Made by a program: the position numbers and the translations under genes. Of a DNA stretch of 64,000 nucleotides, positions 1-17,810 are shown piece after piece. How positions within the stretch are numbered: the first letter of the stretch is position 1; every line of letters starts with the position of its first letter. Source of the stretch: Paraspadella gotoi (taxonomy: Eukaryota > Animalia > Chaetognatha); the NCBI GenBank assembly GCA_051294375.1, contig JBJCIZ010000028.1, positions 1,032,100 to 1,096,099 of the forward strand, in the 5' to 3' direction. The notes under the pieces were generated by a model. The model was not told where the DNA came from. It worked only from the letters and a program-made list of their open reading frames with translations, and made no database searches.

Positions 1-3388
<3,388 letters not shown>

Positions 3389-3842
3389 CTGCCACCTGGG
3401 GGTCGTTTCGACGCTGGGAAGTGATCGGATTATCACTTACCGCCTCAGTGACACTCATCGGTTTATTACTTACCGCCTCGGTGACACTCATCAAAGAAAA
3501 TGTAGTCCTGTGCCGCCAGTCGTTTTTTGTCGTGATACGGACCAAGTGCAATTTACCAGCGGGAAAAGACAGAATTTTATAATTTATGAATCCTTTTTAC
3601 TAGTTTTGTTTCAGTTTTACGCTCGTTTTCCCCCATTTTTTTTTCTTGTGGCATTTAGGTGACAATTTACTCTAGGGGATTTGTATTTGTTGTTTAATTT
3701 TTGTTCACAATTTTTGCTTTTAGTTTTCACGTTTTTCGATATCGAGGTTAAAGAAATGCCAATCAGCTCAGAACCTTGCCATCTGGCTCATCCGTCAACT
3801 CCGCCGTCCCTTCAGGATCATTGTGGTAATTGTTGAGAGAGA

Positions 3843-3892
<50 letters not shown>

Positions 3893-3977
3893 AAGAAAAT
3901 AAGAAATTTATTTTATTTCTTTTTAACTTACGGCTATTACGTATTATGGAGTATTTTTTTTTTAAAATAACTAGGAG

Positions 3978-6092
3978 ATGCAAACAAAGTCGCCAAACCG
4001 CCCCCTCCGTTGCTCCGCCTCGACCTTAGCGTCTCAGAGTCTCGCCTCGTGGACGATGCGTTGGAGGTGGTGCTCCGCGTCCGGACTCAATGGCCTCGCG
4101 ACGCCGTCGCCTCCAAAGTCTTTACCGACGGAATCACCAACAAAATCGTCGGGTTTTGGCGTCGGGATGACGCGGCGAAGAGAGACGTCCTCCTCGTCAG
4201 GGTTTACGGGAAGGTGAGAGGGGGATGATGTATGTTTCCCAATCTCATTTACATATTGTAGTATTTTTGTTTTAAAAATTTTATCAATACCTCAATAATA
4301 TTTATTTATTTTAGAATTAGAGCATGATGTTTGTCTGAAATGCATTTAATTTTTCAGAAAACCGAGTCTTGGATCGACCGCGAGGCTGAGCAACGCAACA
4401 TGCGGTTGATGGCGTCCATCGGCTGCGCCAAACCGCTCCACGCGGTCTTCACCAACGGCATCTGCTACGGCTTCGTCGAAGGGGAGGTGCTCACCATTGA
4501 GACGGTCAAGGATCCGCTCGTTAATCGGCTCGTCGCCAAGGAGATGGTCCGCATTCACGCCCTCAAGCCCGAGAGTTAGTTTTGCCTTTTTCTTTCGTTT
4601 TATTTTTTTTTTTTTAATATTTTATTTTGGGGTTTTCTTTTCATTTATCTTTTTTTCTTTTCTTTTCTTTGTTTTCTTTTCTCTTCTCTTTTTTATTTTC
4701 TCTTTGTTTTCTCTCCGTTTTCTTTTCTCTCTCTTCTTTGTTTTTTACTTTTATATTTTCTCCTCTCCCACACTGATTCCACTCCCTCCCATTACTCTTT
4801 CCCCCCTTCTCCCCCCCTCTCCTTCCAGAAGGCCTGGGTCCCACCCTCTGGCCCACCCTCCGCAAACTCCTCTCCCTCCTCCCTGCCTCGCTCGACGATC
4901 CGGCGGAGGAGGCTCGCTTGAGGGCGTCGGTGCCGTCGACGACGCAGTTGAGCCTGGAGGCGGAGAAGTTGGAGCGGCTCGTCGGGGAGAAGGGAAACTC
5001 GCCCCTCGTCTTTTGTCACAACGATCTTCTGGTCGGGAACATCGTGTGGAACAAGTAAAAAAAGGGAAAGCATCTCCGTCAAAAAGATGCCAATTTCATT
5101 GCCAAATTAATTTAATCCAAGTTATATCGAGCCATCGTTTTAACCCGTCTTTTTTTTTTATCGAATGATAAAATTCATCAATCATTTTAATAAATGAATC
5201 GTTGAATTAATCATTGAAAACCTCTGCCTCGCAGAGAAGAGAATCGCACCTACTTCATCGACTTCGAATACGGAGGCTTCAATTATCTCGCCTACGACAT
5301 CGCGGATCATTTCGCCGAACACACGGGTCTCCGAAGACGGATAGTTATTATTATCGATTGAGAAAAGGTGGATTATGATAATTCATTTTCTTTTGGTCAT
5401 TCCAGGCGTGGACGCCAAACTGGACCACCGGTTGTACCCGGACAAATCCTACCAGACTCGGTGGCTCCGCGATTATCTTCGCTTCTCGAAGGCGCGAGAG
5501 AAGGGCGTCGACGACGACGACGCCGCCGTCGATGGGATCCACGTTACAGAGGAAGAGGTGGAGGCGCTCTATACGCAGGTCAATGAATGTATTCTGTATG
5601 AATGTATTGAATGTATTCTGTATGAATGTATTGTGTCTTAAAAATTGGGAAGTCACAGTCGTCATCGGCCCATCTTCTCTCTTAAATCATCAAAAATATA
5701 CATTAGGGTGAATGAATAGAAAATAGAAAATAGAAAATTTTAAGAATGAATGGAGGAGTGGATAAATAAAAGTTATCTTACTTAATGAGATTTGATAAAG
5801 TATGAAAGAGGAACGACTTAGGTTTTTCGATCCTATTCACAAAATAACGATTTTATTAAAAACAATATATTACCTACTAAGCTTGTTTTTTTTATGAAAA
5901 CTTTTTCAAATTTTTCTATTTCCCGTTCTTTTGTTACAGGTCCAGATGTTCGCGGCCGTTTCCGACTTCCTCTGGGCCGTGTGGTCGATCCTTCAGGCCA
6001 AACATTCCTCAATCGATTTTGACTTTGTTCAGTACGCCCTCTCAAAGTACAGCGGATACGTTGAAAAAATGGAGAAGGTCGTCCAAAACTGA
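3978..6092 (+). CDS. ETNK: Ethanolamine kinase (choline/ethanolamine kinase family), 6 exons
   Basis: Motifs FTDGITNKIVG, LVRVYGKKTESWIDREAE, FTNGICYGFVEG, Brenner motif VFCHNDLLVGNIV, FIDFEYGGFNYLAYDIADHF, C-terminal SSIDFDFVQYA; stop TGA 6090-6092. ATG at 3978 is one base out of frame with the 4010 ORF (probable sequencing indel). Confidence 0.9.
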
Positions 6093-6664
6093 TCCTCAAA
6101 AATGACCCCAAAAACTTGGGTCAATCGCAAATAAGCTTAAAATTAAGTTAAATATTTGTCGAAACGTGAATTTATACCTTTATGTTTTTGGGTTATGTTA
6201 TTTATGTATTATAGTCGGCGGTGTGATTCGTAGCTTTAACATCTCTGTGATTTAAAAAAAAAAATTGTGAACGCCTATCCTAGTTCCTGTAGGGTTTTTA
6301 CACTGACTACTACTATTTTTGCTTTCTACAATTCATGCGAACTAATTTCTAGAATATTTGATAAATTTCAGGAATTGTCCGCCAAGGACCGGGCGTTTAG
6401 ATGTCACTAATCAAAATTGACTTTACGATAATTAATAATTTGCTTATGACTAGTCTTTCGGTTTTTACCAATTCAATTTTTTTTATTTACTCTCAAGCGG
6501 CTACTCGTACTTCTTTACAGTTTTGTAACTTTTTAAATTTATAATTTTTTTTTTTAGCCGAATTCCTAAAAATACCGCTTGGGTCGCGATAAATCATAAA
6601 CAAAAGCGCATTTTCGATCACGAACAGAAAAAAAAAATAAACAAAAGATAAAGCGGAAGAAAAG

Positions 6665-7258
6665 ATGGCGCACACGATCCTTTTAGTTCAGCCGTCGAAG
6701 AAGCCAGAGTCGCGGACGTACAGCGACTTCGAATCCGTCAACGAATGCATGGAAGGAGTCTGCAAAGTATTATGATTAATATTTTATTCCATTTGATTGT
6801 TACCGCTTAATCATAAGGTCTTCGTTCATCTTAAGATCTTCGAGGAACATCTGAAGCGGCTAAACCCCAACAGTCCCTCCATCACCTACGACATCAGTCA
6901 ACTCTTCGATTTTATCGATCAGGTTCTGTGGGGTTTGAATCTCAGGATCTGAAATTTGGCTGGGATTATCTATAATGTATTTTACTACATTATTATCTTG
7001 TTGTCTGATCCGTTACGAATTCTTTTTTGTTGCTTCACCCTTCAATTTTGAAGGATTTGGTAAAGCGACCGTTTCTAAATCTAAATCTCCCATGCTTCAA
7101 TATGCAAATTATATTATAAGTCATCTTTTCCATGACCGCAGTTGGCCGACTTGAGTTGCCTCGTCTTTCAAAAAGCGACGGGCACTTACGCTCCTTACGA
7201 CAAAGACTGGATCAAGGAAAAGATTTACGTTCTGCTTCGGAAACAAGCGGGCAAATGA
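6665..7258 (+). CDS. ERH: Enhancer of rudimentary homolog, 3 exons
   Basis: [34 protein letters not shown] | [29 protein letters not shown] | [38 protein letters not shown], the highly conserved ERH sequence. Confidence 0.97.
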
Positions 7259-8220
7259 ACTCTCTCCCTCTCTCTACGTTGACTGTCGAGAGTGAGAGCG
7301 AGACGATGGTGGATGAAAGAAGACGGGAGAGGGAGACGGTTTTGGGAACGGAAGACGGGCGACCTTGGAAACACGTTCTCTCTTCTCTCTATTTTGCCCG
7401 CTCTACCCCGTAGGAAAAGCCTGATATAACACTCTCTCTCTCTCTCTCTTTCTCTCGGCCTTTACATTTTCATGAAAGTTTTTTTTTTCTTTCCCCCGTT
7501 AACCCATTACTAACTTTTTTTCTCCATCCCCTTCACACACAAAAAAAAACAAACAAAAAAAAAAAAAACGATTCACTCATTTTTAATTTGAATTCCTTCA
7601 AATTTCGTCTTTAGATTTTCTTTATTGGAGATTTTTCTTTTTTTTTTCTCGCTGATGTTAGTTAGACGCCGACGATGATGATGATGACCTGAGATTTTAC
7701 GTTTCGTTATTTTCTTTTCAGTTTGTCAAGGACTCGAGGTATTTCCAGTTTGCTCCCGGGAGAATTAAATAATTATGGAAGGCCTTTCTCGTTGTTAAAT
7801 ACAGAATTTTATCTTTACTTTGAATCCGAAAGCAAAATTTATTCGAGACTGGAAGGCGGTTATTAATTACGTATTATTTGTAAAAAAAAAAACCTTCTCT
7901 ACCCAACCCCATCGTAGAATTTAAAAAAAAACCATCGCGTCTCGTCGTTTTTTTAAAACGTCATTTCCAAATTGTCATCGCTTTCAATTTTCAGCCTTTT
8001 ATAAAATCGCCCGAAGGGGGGAAAACAAAAAAATCAAAACATTTTTTAAATTTTTAATGTTAAATGAATTTTTAATTCGCGCCCGACCGGTTGTAAAAAA
8101 AAAAACATGCACGCGTCCTCTTGACGACGAAATCGCGAGTCCATAGTCTTAAATTACCCTTAAATTAACCGACTTCCTCACACACACACACAAACACGCA
8201 ACTCTCTCTCTCTCTCCCCG

Positions 8221-10364
8221 ATGGGTCGACTCATCTTCTACGCCTACGGCACGCCCATCGCCCTCGCCCTCGCGCTCAAGTTCCTCCACGTCGTCTTCCT
8301 CTCGGGCGGAGTTTGCGAGAGCGACGTCAGATTGGACGGCAAGGTCGCCGTCGTCACCGGCGCCAATACGGGTGCGCGTTGTTGTTGTTGTTGTTTCCTT
8401 CGTTCCTATCGTCCATTTTATGGTTTTGTTAGTTTGTTTCCTTTTTTTTGATATAATTCTTTTCTTCGATATGTCAGTGTTGTTTTTTTTTTTCGTCTTC
8501 TTGTTTTATTTCGTTTTGTTTCGTTTCGTTTCTCGTTTCGCTATTTTAATTTGGTATTGATTTGTTTGTTATTTAGGCCTAGGACTGCGCGACTAGTAGA
8601 AGTGAAATGACAGTGAAGTGAAGTAAGAGTGTTGTGAAAGATGTGTGAGTGATTAGTAAAAGTGAGTGAGAGTGAAATGATTATTAATGATAAGATGATA
8701 AAGAAAAAGTGAATTAAAAAAAGTGAAAGTGATGTCATTTTCCACCCCCTTATTTTCCGCCTTCAGGCATCGGCCGCGAGACGGCGCTGGACTTTGCCCG
8801 GCGCGGCGCCCGCGTCTACCTGGCGTCGCGGAGCGAAGAGCGGACGGCGCCGGTGGTGGAGATGATCCGAAGCGCCACCGGAAACGAGGACGTCCATTTT
8901 AAGAGACTCGATCTTGCGAGGATCTCTTCCATTACAGCCTTTGCCGAGGACTTCGTCGACGAGGAGGAGGTTTGGATTTCCTTTAATATCATTTGCATAT
9001 TGTAGTAACAGTATCTCTTATATTTTATTTGTTGTGTTACGTGAAATTGAGTTGAGAACATTCAACTCTATACATGAATTTGTATCTGTATTTCATGAAT
9101 CCAACTCATTATGTAATTCTAACTGTTAATTTCCTTTTTAATTTTCCTCCCCAATTTAGCGCCTTGACATTTTGGTAAACAACGCGGGACTGATTTCTCA
9201 AAGTCGCGATAAAACCGACGACGGTTTCGAGGTCCACATGGGCGTCAATCACTTGGGGCCTTTCCTGCTCACCAATCTTCTTTTAGGCAAGGCCGTGAAT
9301 CTTCGAAAGTTTCGTGACTCTTGTGAATCGTTCACCAACCCCCTCCTCCTTCAGATCTCCTCAAACAATCGGGCCCCGGCGCCCGCGTGGTGACCGTCGC
9401 AGCCAAGGCGGGCCTCCTCATCGGCGAGATCGATTTGGACGACCTCATGAACGAGAAGGACCAATCCAGGCCCTGGATTACCTCTTGGGAAGCCTTCAGG
9501 AGATACTCTCACTCCAAGCTGGCCAACATTTTGTTTTCCAAGGAATTGGCCAAGCGGCTGGCGGGGACTGGGGTCACCACTTACTCGTTGCATCCGGGTA
9601 AGGAGGTGTGGGTGAGATATTGTTGAAAACTTACTGAATCGATTTGGTAAGTTAATTTAGGTTGTGAAAAAGAAAGTTATAGTTAAAGATTAAAAGGAGA
9701 ATGCGCGAAGTAGTTGGAAAGCAAGCCCAGTTAGACAGGCTCTCCATTAATTCCCCTTTCCTTTTCCTTTCATCACCAGGGGTGATCCAGACGGAGATCG
9801 GCGCGCGAGTTCCAGGGCACCATGAGCTACTTCATGCACATGTGGCCGATCTCCTATTTGTTCAAGACGCCAGACGAAGGAGCACAGACCCAGATTTGCT
9901 GCGCCGTCGATCCGGCGCTGGCGAGAGAGACGGGGTTGTATTACTCGGATTGCGGGGTAAGTTTATGGGCGTGGGATTGAATTGAAAGGAGAATTAATCG
10001 GATATTTATTTTCAAATGAAATCCAATATGATAAAATAAGCTCATATGAGATCCCATGGGTTCAAATGAGATCAAATTTAAACAAATGAGATGGAATGTG
10101 TTTCAAATGGGATAAAATTGTTATCAAATACAGATCACAAGAGATCAAATATATGTGGTCAAATGTGATAAAAAGAAGATAAAATGTGTTTGGATTATAT
10201 ATCAAATGAGAGCCAATTGTGACAAAGTATGATGGAAATAAGATTATTTCCTATCAGGTGACGACGCCGAACCATCCTCAAGTCGGCGACGACGCTCTCT
10301 CCGCCGCCTTTGGGAAAAGAGCGAGAGACTCGTCGGTCTGAAGAAAGATGAAGGAAGTAGATGA
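8221..10364 (+). CDS. Retinol dehydrogenase 11/12/13-like SDR, paralog A
   Basis: N-terminal hydrophobic anchor, [88 protein letters not shown]. Last two exons carry 1-nt indels that are absent from the duplicate at 11601-12356. Confidence 0.88.
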
Positions 10365-10571
10365 GACGTCGTCCCTCACTTTTTCCCCCCTACGCCCCCC
10401 TCGATTTTATTCGCCCCCCAAAAGGTTTTTTTTTTTTCATTTATGACCATTATTAAAAAGATTACGGTCCCCCCCTTGTGGGGAGATTATTCCTTCGTTT
10501 TAGGATGTTAATCCATTAAGCCAAACTTCTTTAATCGACATCTCTTCGTGCCAGTCATTCGCATTTGTGTC

Positions 10572-10658
<87 letters not shown>

Positions 10659-12561
10659 CAAATCTGTGATTAAAAATTCCATTAATTTTTCTTTTTCGCG
10701 CGCGATTCCATGTTTTTAAGTTCCATTCGTCGCGCAGTTTTTTTTATTAAGTCGGGCGCTTCTCTCGTCGTCGTTGTTGTTGTTGTTGGGGCTTAAAAAT
10801 GTTTTGATTGGCGGAGTAAGATTTGAAACCATTTTCATCCGGGGGGTGTTTTTGTGATAATTTTTAAAAAAAGATGCATTTTGTTTTTTTAAACAGAGCT
10901 TCTCTCTAAAATTTTGCTTCAAGAAACCATTATTTTTACGAAATAGCGTGGTTTATTACGCAGATATCGGAGTTCTCGTGAAAAAGAAAATATAAAAAAA
11001 AACTCTTAATAAAGACAACTGTTCATATTCCATAGTTCACTCTGGTATTTTTTTAAATATTTGTTATTTTGTTTATTTTGGGAAAGAAAATGCGAGACTA
11101 TCGATATGAAAGACTCTCTGGGTTAAAAAGGTCACTCTCTAATCCTAAACGAAAAAAGAAAAATCAAAACAAGAAAACAAACGGAAAACAATGTCCCGTT
11201 TGTTTTTCTTGGCCTTTGTTCTTCCTCTATTCGTCACTTTGTCTCTCAAGATCCTCAACGTCGTCTACTTCTCCGGCGGAGTTTGTCGCAGCGACGTCAA
11301 GCTGACGGGAAGGTGGCAATCGTCACCGGAGCCAATAGTGGTAAGATTGAGTGATTGATTTACTCTTAATCTTTCTTTCTTGTTGGGTAATTGATGATTG
11401 ATTGATTTCTTTCTGTTCCGGATTAATTTATATATTTAAGGATGATTTTTTTTCATTGCTACTTTTCATTCTTTAACTGAACCCCACCTCACTCTCCAGG
11501 CATCGGCCGCGAGACGCGTTGGACTTTGCGGCGCGCGGCGCCCGCGTCTACCTGGCGTCGCGGAGCGAAGAGGTGNNNNNNNNNNNNNNNNNNNNNNNNN
11601 GAGATATTGTTGAAAACTTACTGAATCGATTTGGTAAGTTAATTTAGGTTGTGAAAAAGAAAGTTATAGTTAAAGATTAAAAGGAGAATGCGCGAAGTAG
11701 TTGGAAAGCAAGCCCAGGTTAGACAGGCTCTCCCATTAATTCCCCCTTTCCTTTTCCTTTCATCACCAGGGGTGATCCAGACGGAGATCGGGCGCGAGTT
11801 CCAGGGCACCATGAGCTACTTCATGCACATGTGGCCGATCTCCTATTTGTTCAAGACGCCAGACGAAGGAGCACAGACCCAGATTTGCTGCGCCGTCGAT
11901 CCGGCGCTGGCGAGAGAGACGGGGTTGTATTACTCGGATTGCGGGGTAAGTTTATGGGCGTGGGATTGAATTGAAAGGAGAATTAATCGGATATTCATTT
12001 TCAAATGAAATGCCAATATGATAAAATAAGCTCTTATGAGATCCCATGGGTTCAAATGAGATCAAATTTAAACAAATGAGATGGAATGTGTTCAAATGGG
12101 ATAAAATTGATATCAAATACGATCACAATGAGATCAAATATGAATGTGGTCAGATGTGATAAAAGGAGATAAAATGTGTTTGGATTATATATCAAATGAT
12201 AGCCAATTGTGACAAAATATGATCGAAATAAGATTATTTCCCCATCAGGTGACGACGCCGAACCATCCTCAAGTCGGCGACGACGCTCTCTCCGCCGCCC
12301 TTTGGGAAAAGAGCGAGAGACTCGTCGGTCTGAAGAAAGATGAAGGAAGTAGATGAGACGTCGTCCCTCACTTTTTCCCCCCTACCGCCCCCCTCGATTT
12401 TATTCGCCCCCCAAAATTGTTTTTTTTTTTCATTTATGACCATTATTAAAAAGATTACGGTCCCCCCCTTGTGGGGAGATTATTCCTTCGTTTTAGGATT
12501 GGTTAATCCATTAAGCCAAACTTCTTTAATCGACATCTCTTCGTGCCAGTCATTCGCATTT

Positions 12562-12645
<84 letters not shown>

Positions 12646-13570
12646 CTCGCCTCAAATCTGTGATTAAAAATTCCATTACTTTTTCTTTTTCGCGCGCGAT
12701 TCCATGTTTTTAAGTTCCATTCGTCGCGCAGTTTTTTTATTAAGTCGGGCGCTTCTCTCGTCGTCGTTGTTGTTGTTGTTGGCGCTAAATTGTTTGATTG
12801 CGGAGTAAGATTTGAAAACCATTTTCATCCGGGGGGGTGTTTTTGTGATAATTTTTAAAAAAAGATGCATTTTGTTTTTTAAAACAGAGCTTTCTCTCTA
12901 AAATTTGCTTCAAGAAACCATTATTTTTACGAAAATAGGCGTGGTTTATTACGCAGATATCGGAGTTCTCGTGAAAAAGAAAATAAAAAAAAAACTTCTT
13001 AATAAAGACAACTGTTCATATTCAATAGTTCACTCTGGTATTTTTTTAAATATTTTTTATTTTGTTTATTTTGGGAAAGAAAATCGGAGACTATCGATAT
13101 GAAAGACTCTCTGGGTTAAAAAAGGTCACTCTCTAATCCTAAACGAAAAAGAAAAAATCAAAACAAAGAAACAAACGGAAAACAATGTCCCGTTTGTTTT
13201 TCTTGGCCTTTGTTCTTCCTCTATTCGTCACTTTGTCTCTCAAGATCCTCAACGTCGTCTACTTCTCCGGCGGAGTTTGTCGCAGCGACGTCAAGCTGAA
13301 CGGGAAGGTGGCAATCGTCACCGGAGCCAATAGTGGTAAGATTGAGTGATTGATTTACTCTTAATCTTTCTTTCTTGTTGGGTAATTGATTGATTGATTG
13401 ATTTCTTTCTGTTCCGGGATTAATTTATATATTTAAGGATGATTTTTTTTCATTGCTACTTTTCATTCTTTAACTGAACCCCACCTCACTCTCCAGGCAT
13501 CGGCCGCGAGACGGCGTTGGACTTTGCGCGGCGCGGCGCCCGCGTCTACCTGGCGTCGCGGAGCGAAGAG
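9614..13570 (+). repeat. ~1.96-kb near-identical direct duplication (9614-11575 vs 11601-13570) across an N-gap; probable assembly/haplotype overlap
   Basis: Both copies begin GAGATATTGTTGAAAACTTACTG and contain the 3' exons of SDR A, the intergenic region and the 5' exons of SDR B; differences are mostly homopolymer indels, with the frameshifts in the first copy. Confidence 0.8.
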
Positions 13571-15069
13571 CGGACGGCGCCGGTGGTGGAGATGATCCGA
13601 AGCGCCACCGGAAACGAGGACGTCCACTTCAAGAGACTCGAGTTGGGAAGTCTCTCGTCGATCAGGCACTTCGCCGAAGACTTTTTAAAGTCTGAAGAGG
13701 TTAAAGAGGGAGATTTTTAATTTAAATATTAATAGTTTATTAATTATTATTAAGTCGTAGATGGTCTTTTATTCAATAGTAGATAAAATTGAATTCTTAA
13801 ATCTCATTTGCATATAGCAGTTTTTTAAACGACAACGAATTACTCCAGTGTTTTTATTTTAGTTTCCGATTATTCTTTTCCATAGGTTTTTTAATGATAG
13901 ATATTATTTATATTAATAACAATTAACCATAAAACTCCTATCTGACAGGTAATTTTTTTTATTTTAATTTTTTCATTTATTATTATTTTTAATCAGCGTT
14001 TGGACATCCTCGTCAACAACGCGGCCATCCTGACTCCGACCGATCAGAAAACGGAGGACGGATTCGAAATACATATGGGAGTCAATCACTTGGGTCATTT
14101 CTTGCTCACAAATCTGCTTTTGGGTCAGTCTTTGGGCCATGATATCCTTATTCAAATAACTATTTAAATAATGTATACATTAAACCCTTTAGACGTTTTA
14201 AAACGATCGGCCCCTTCTCGCGTGGTGACGGTCTCTGCCTCGGCAGGGCTCGAACTCGGCGAAATCGACGTCGTCGATCTTCTCAACGAAAAGGGCTACG
14301 ACGCCGCCTGGCTCCCAGGCGCCTGGCAGTCTTATTGGACGTCGTTCAGGCGCTCTGGCAACTCCAAACTGGCGAACATCCTCTTCTCTAAAGAGCTCGC
14401 CAGGCGGTTGAAAGGAACGGGAGTGTCCACTTACTCTTTACATCCGGGTCTGATCAAGACGGACATGGGGCGGAACATGCCGAGCATGCCGACCCTCGTC
14501 CTGCAGTCGAGGCCGTTCTCTTATTTGATCAAGACGGCGGAAGAGGGAGCGCAGACGACCATCTGTTGCGCCGTGGATGAGGAGATGGGAAAAGAGACGG
14601 GGAAGTATTATGTTGATTGCGAGGTGAGTTGCGGTGAAGGGGTAAGGAGAGGGGGGGGCATTTTTTTCCTTCTCTTTTTTCTTGTTTTTTCTTTTCTCTT
14701 GTTTTTTCTTTTTTCTTTTCTTTTCCCTTCTTTTAACTTTCTCTTTTCTTTTACTATCTCTTTTCTTTTACTCTCTCTTTTCTTCCTTTTTATTTTTTCT
14801 CTTTTTTATACTTTATCGATTTTCGGTTGACCTTTTCTCTCATTTTTTTTATTTCTTATTTCCCTATCTATTTATTTTCTTCCATAATTTTTGTTTCCCT
14901 TTTTTTCCAAGACCTTCTATTTTCACTATTACTGTAATATATTTGGTCATTTGAAATCGTTCATACATCGCTCCAGGTTTCTGACGAAACTCATCCTCAT
15001 TTAAACGACGAAAATCTTGCTCAAGTTTTTTGGGAAAAAAGCGAAAAACTCGTTGGACTTCGAACGTGA
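13185..15069 (+). CDS. Retinol dehydrogenase-like SDR, paralog B
   Basis: [13 protein letters not shown]...[84 protein letters not shown]. Confidence 0.88.
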
Positions 15070-15534
15070 CGTGAGGGGGGAGGTGGTGAAAATTCACCGC
15101 GCTTGTGAAAACTGTGGGGTTATAAAAATCTGAAACCAACCATTCTGGCATGAGCTTAATTTCTATAACTCGGTGCCATGTTTTTTATAGATAGTTTTTA
15201 CTGGTTTTATTACCACTTTCAAATGTCTTTACGTCGACTTATTATTGTTGGGCTCTAGTGTTATTGTTATCTTTTTATCATTATCGTGTTCAAACAAAAG
15301 ACTTATTTAGTTCGATCTCCCGATCTCTCTTTATCTTATTTTCTTAGAGCGTACTTAATTGTATTTTTAAAATGTTACATGTTATACCTTTATTGGGTCG
15401 TTGTTACTATTTATTTATCAGCTAACCACAACCGAACGCTTCCTAAAAAAAACAACATCGTAATCCGATGATCTCAATAATTTATAAACTAATTAATAAT
15501 TAATTATTAATTATTAATCGGTCCAATAAACATT

Positions 15535-17810
15535 ATGAATCGCCTCCTGACCATCGGCGTCGTCGTCCCTCTCGTCGTCGTCGTCTTCCTCAAACTCCTC
15601 AACGTCTTCGTCATCTCCGGCTGCGTCTGCGGCAGCGACGCGCGGCTGGACGGCAAGGTCGTCGTCGTCACGGGCGCCAGCAGCGGCATCGGCCGCGCCA
15701 CGGCCCACGATCTGGCGCGGCGCGGAGCCCGGCTCTACTTGGCCTCGCGCAGCGCCGAGCGATCTCTTCCGGTGGTGGAAGAGATCAGGAACGCCTCCGG
15801 AAATTCCGACGTTCATTTTAAGAAGATCGATTTGGCGAGTTTGGAGTCGATCAGGGAATTCGCGAGGGAGTTTAATGAAGAGGAAGAGGTAAGTTTGGTT
15901 GGGGAAACCGGGTAAGTGGAGGGGGATGGATCGGGAGTTAGGAGGAAGTTTGACTTTTAAACTCATCTGCTCATCTGCGGAGCCTGTGAAAGAACATGTG
16001 AATGTAGGGCTTTAATGTTTCCTCTCGTCATTTTCCCTCTTTCAGCGATTAGACATTTTGGTGAACAACGCGGGAATCTTCACATTTTCCGATGAAAAAA
16101 CCACCGACGGATTTCAGATGGAAATGGGAGTCAATCATCTCGGCCCTTTTCTTTTAACCAATTTGCTGTTGGGTGAATCTNNNNNNNNNNNGACAACATG
16201 TAAATTAGATTAATATAACTTTTTTTTTCCCTCCGCCCAGACCTTCTAAAGCGCTCGGCGCCGGGCTCCCGCGTGGTCAACGTGGCGTCGCTTGGCGCCA
16301 GTCACTTTCGCGGCGTCGAACTCGACGATCTTAGCTCCGACAAGACCTACGAGGACTCTTGGCTGCCGGGATGGTTGATCAAGCAGATCGCCTCCAAGCA
16401 GGCCAACATTGTGTTCTCGAAAGAATTGGCGAGGAGACTGGAAGGAACGGGGGTCACGACTTACTCCTTGCATCCAGGTTAACATTTAAGTTTTGACGCT
16501 AGTGCTAATTGAATTTATTATTTTAATGAAATTTTCAAATTTAAAAAAAAAAAAAACTTAAAAATTTGGTAAAACAAGTAATCTTGTAGTTTTTATTTGT
16601 ATTCCCTAATCACATACTCCTGAGAGTGGTACATTTATTCAATTGAAACAGCTAAAAAATAATATAATACCTCATTAATAAGGAACCCAAGTAGTTAATG
16701 AAAATGTTTCAGGTATTTAACAGAATGTATAATTTATATATTGTTTATACCCATTTTAATATTACTGTAAATTATTATGTAGATAATAAATTTTTTTAAA
16801 AAAAATTATTTCCTATCAGGCACGGTCCGCCTGGACGAGGGTCGTTACTTCGACAGTCGCCTGATCGAGCTCATGCACTGGCGACCTTTCGTCTATCTCT
16901 TAAAGACTCGAGACGAAGGATCGCAGACGAGCATCTGTTGCGCCGTCGACGAGGAGTTTGGGAAGGAGTCGGGACTCTTTTACGCCGGATGTAGGCGTGA
17001 GTTAAATGGGTGAGGTTGATTGAGATTTGAATCCTTTTTCTTTTGTTGTTTCTGTGATGGGTTTAATGCACCCAGGTCTAGTGGCTCACTGTTTACTTTA
17101 TATAAACTATAAGCTTTTCTACTTATTGAAATTTGCAAATTACTTGTTTCACTATTTTCTATTTTTATATTTTATGAAGGATTAGTATTTAATCTTATTA
17201 TTTAATCAAAATATATATTGCTTCTTTCTTATAAAATTTTATTTTATCTAATAATCAATTTGGAAGGGGAAGTCAGTGTTGTCTTCTGAATAGAGGGAGC
17301 ATCTATCTAACAAGGTTAGATTTACTATATGTCCTAGTTTCTAATAGATATCACACATCATTTCTGTTAGAAATCGTTAATGAAAAATCATAATATCTAA
17401 AGAGGCTGAACAGAAAGGGGTGGGAATGGATAATTTTTTTAGGGGTGACCAGTTATATATGATTTTTTTTACCAATATATATATATATATATATATAACT
17501 CTAATCACCGTCTCAGGTCTCTGTCTCTCTCCCTCCCTCCCTTCCTCCCTTTCTCCCTTTCTTCCCTTTTTCCACATTTTTCCCTTTACGTTTTCACGAT
17601 CTTTTAATTTTACCGTTAACTTTCCCCTCTATTCCAGATTCAGTCTGTCAAGAATTAAATGCCCATAAATAGCAATACTTAATCTCTTCATTGTTTTCCT
17701 TTTCTCCTCCGGGTCTTCATCCAGGTCTCCGACGATTATCATCCTCAAGTTGACGACCCGGATTTCGTCAAGAAATTTTGGAGGAGAGCGAGAGACTCGT
17801 CGCGGTGAGA
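15535..17810 (+). CDS. Retinol dehydrogenase-like SDR, paralog C
   Basis: [13 protein letters not shown]...[66 protein letters not shown]; last exon from ~17725 ([19 protein letters not shown]) has an apparent indel, so the end is approximate. Confidence 0.82.

Noticed and set aside
3424-3491. 33-bp tandem duplication in the TRAF7 3' UTR
   Set aside because: Two copies only, no structural or motif signal.
11191-12356. Apparent fourth, chimeric SDR gene
   Set aside because: Formed by the near-identical duplication across the N-gap; most likely an assembly artefact.
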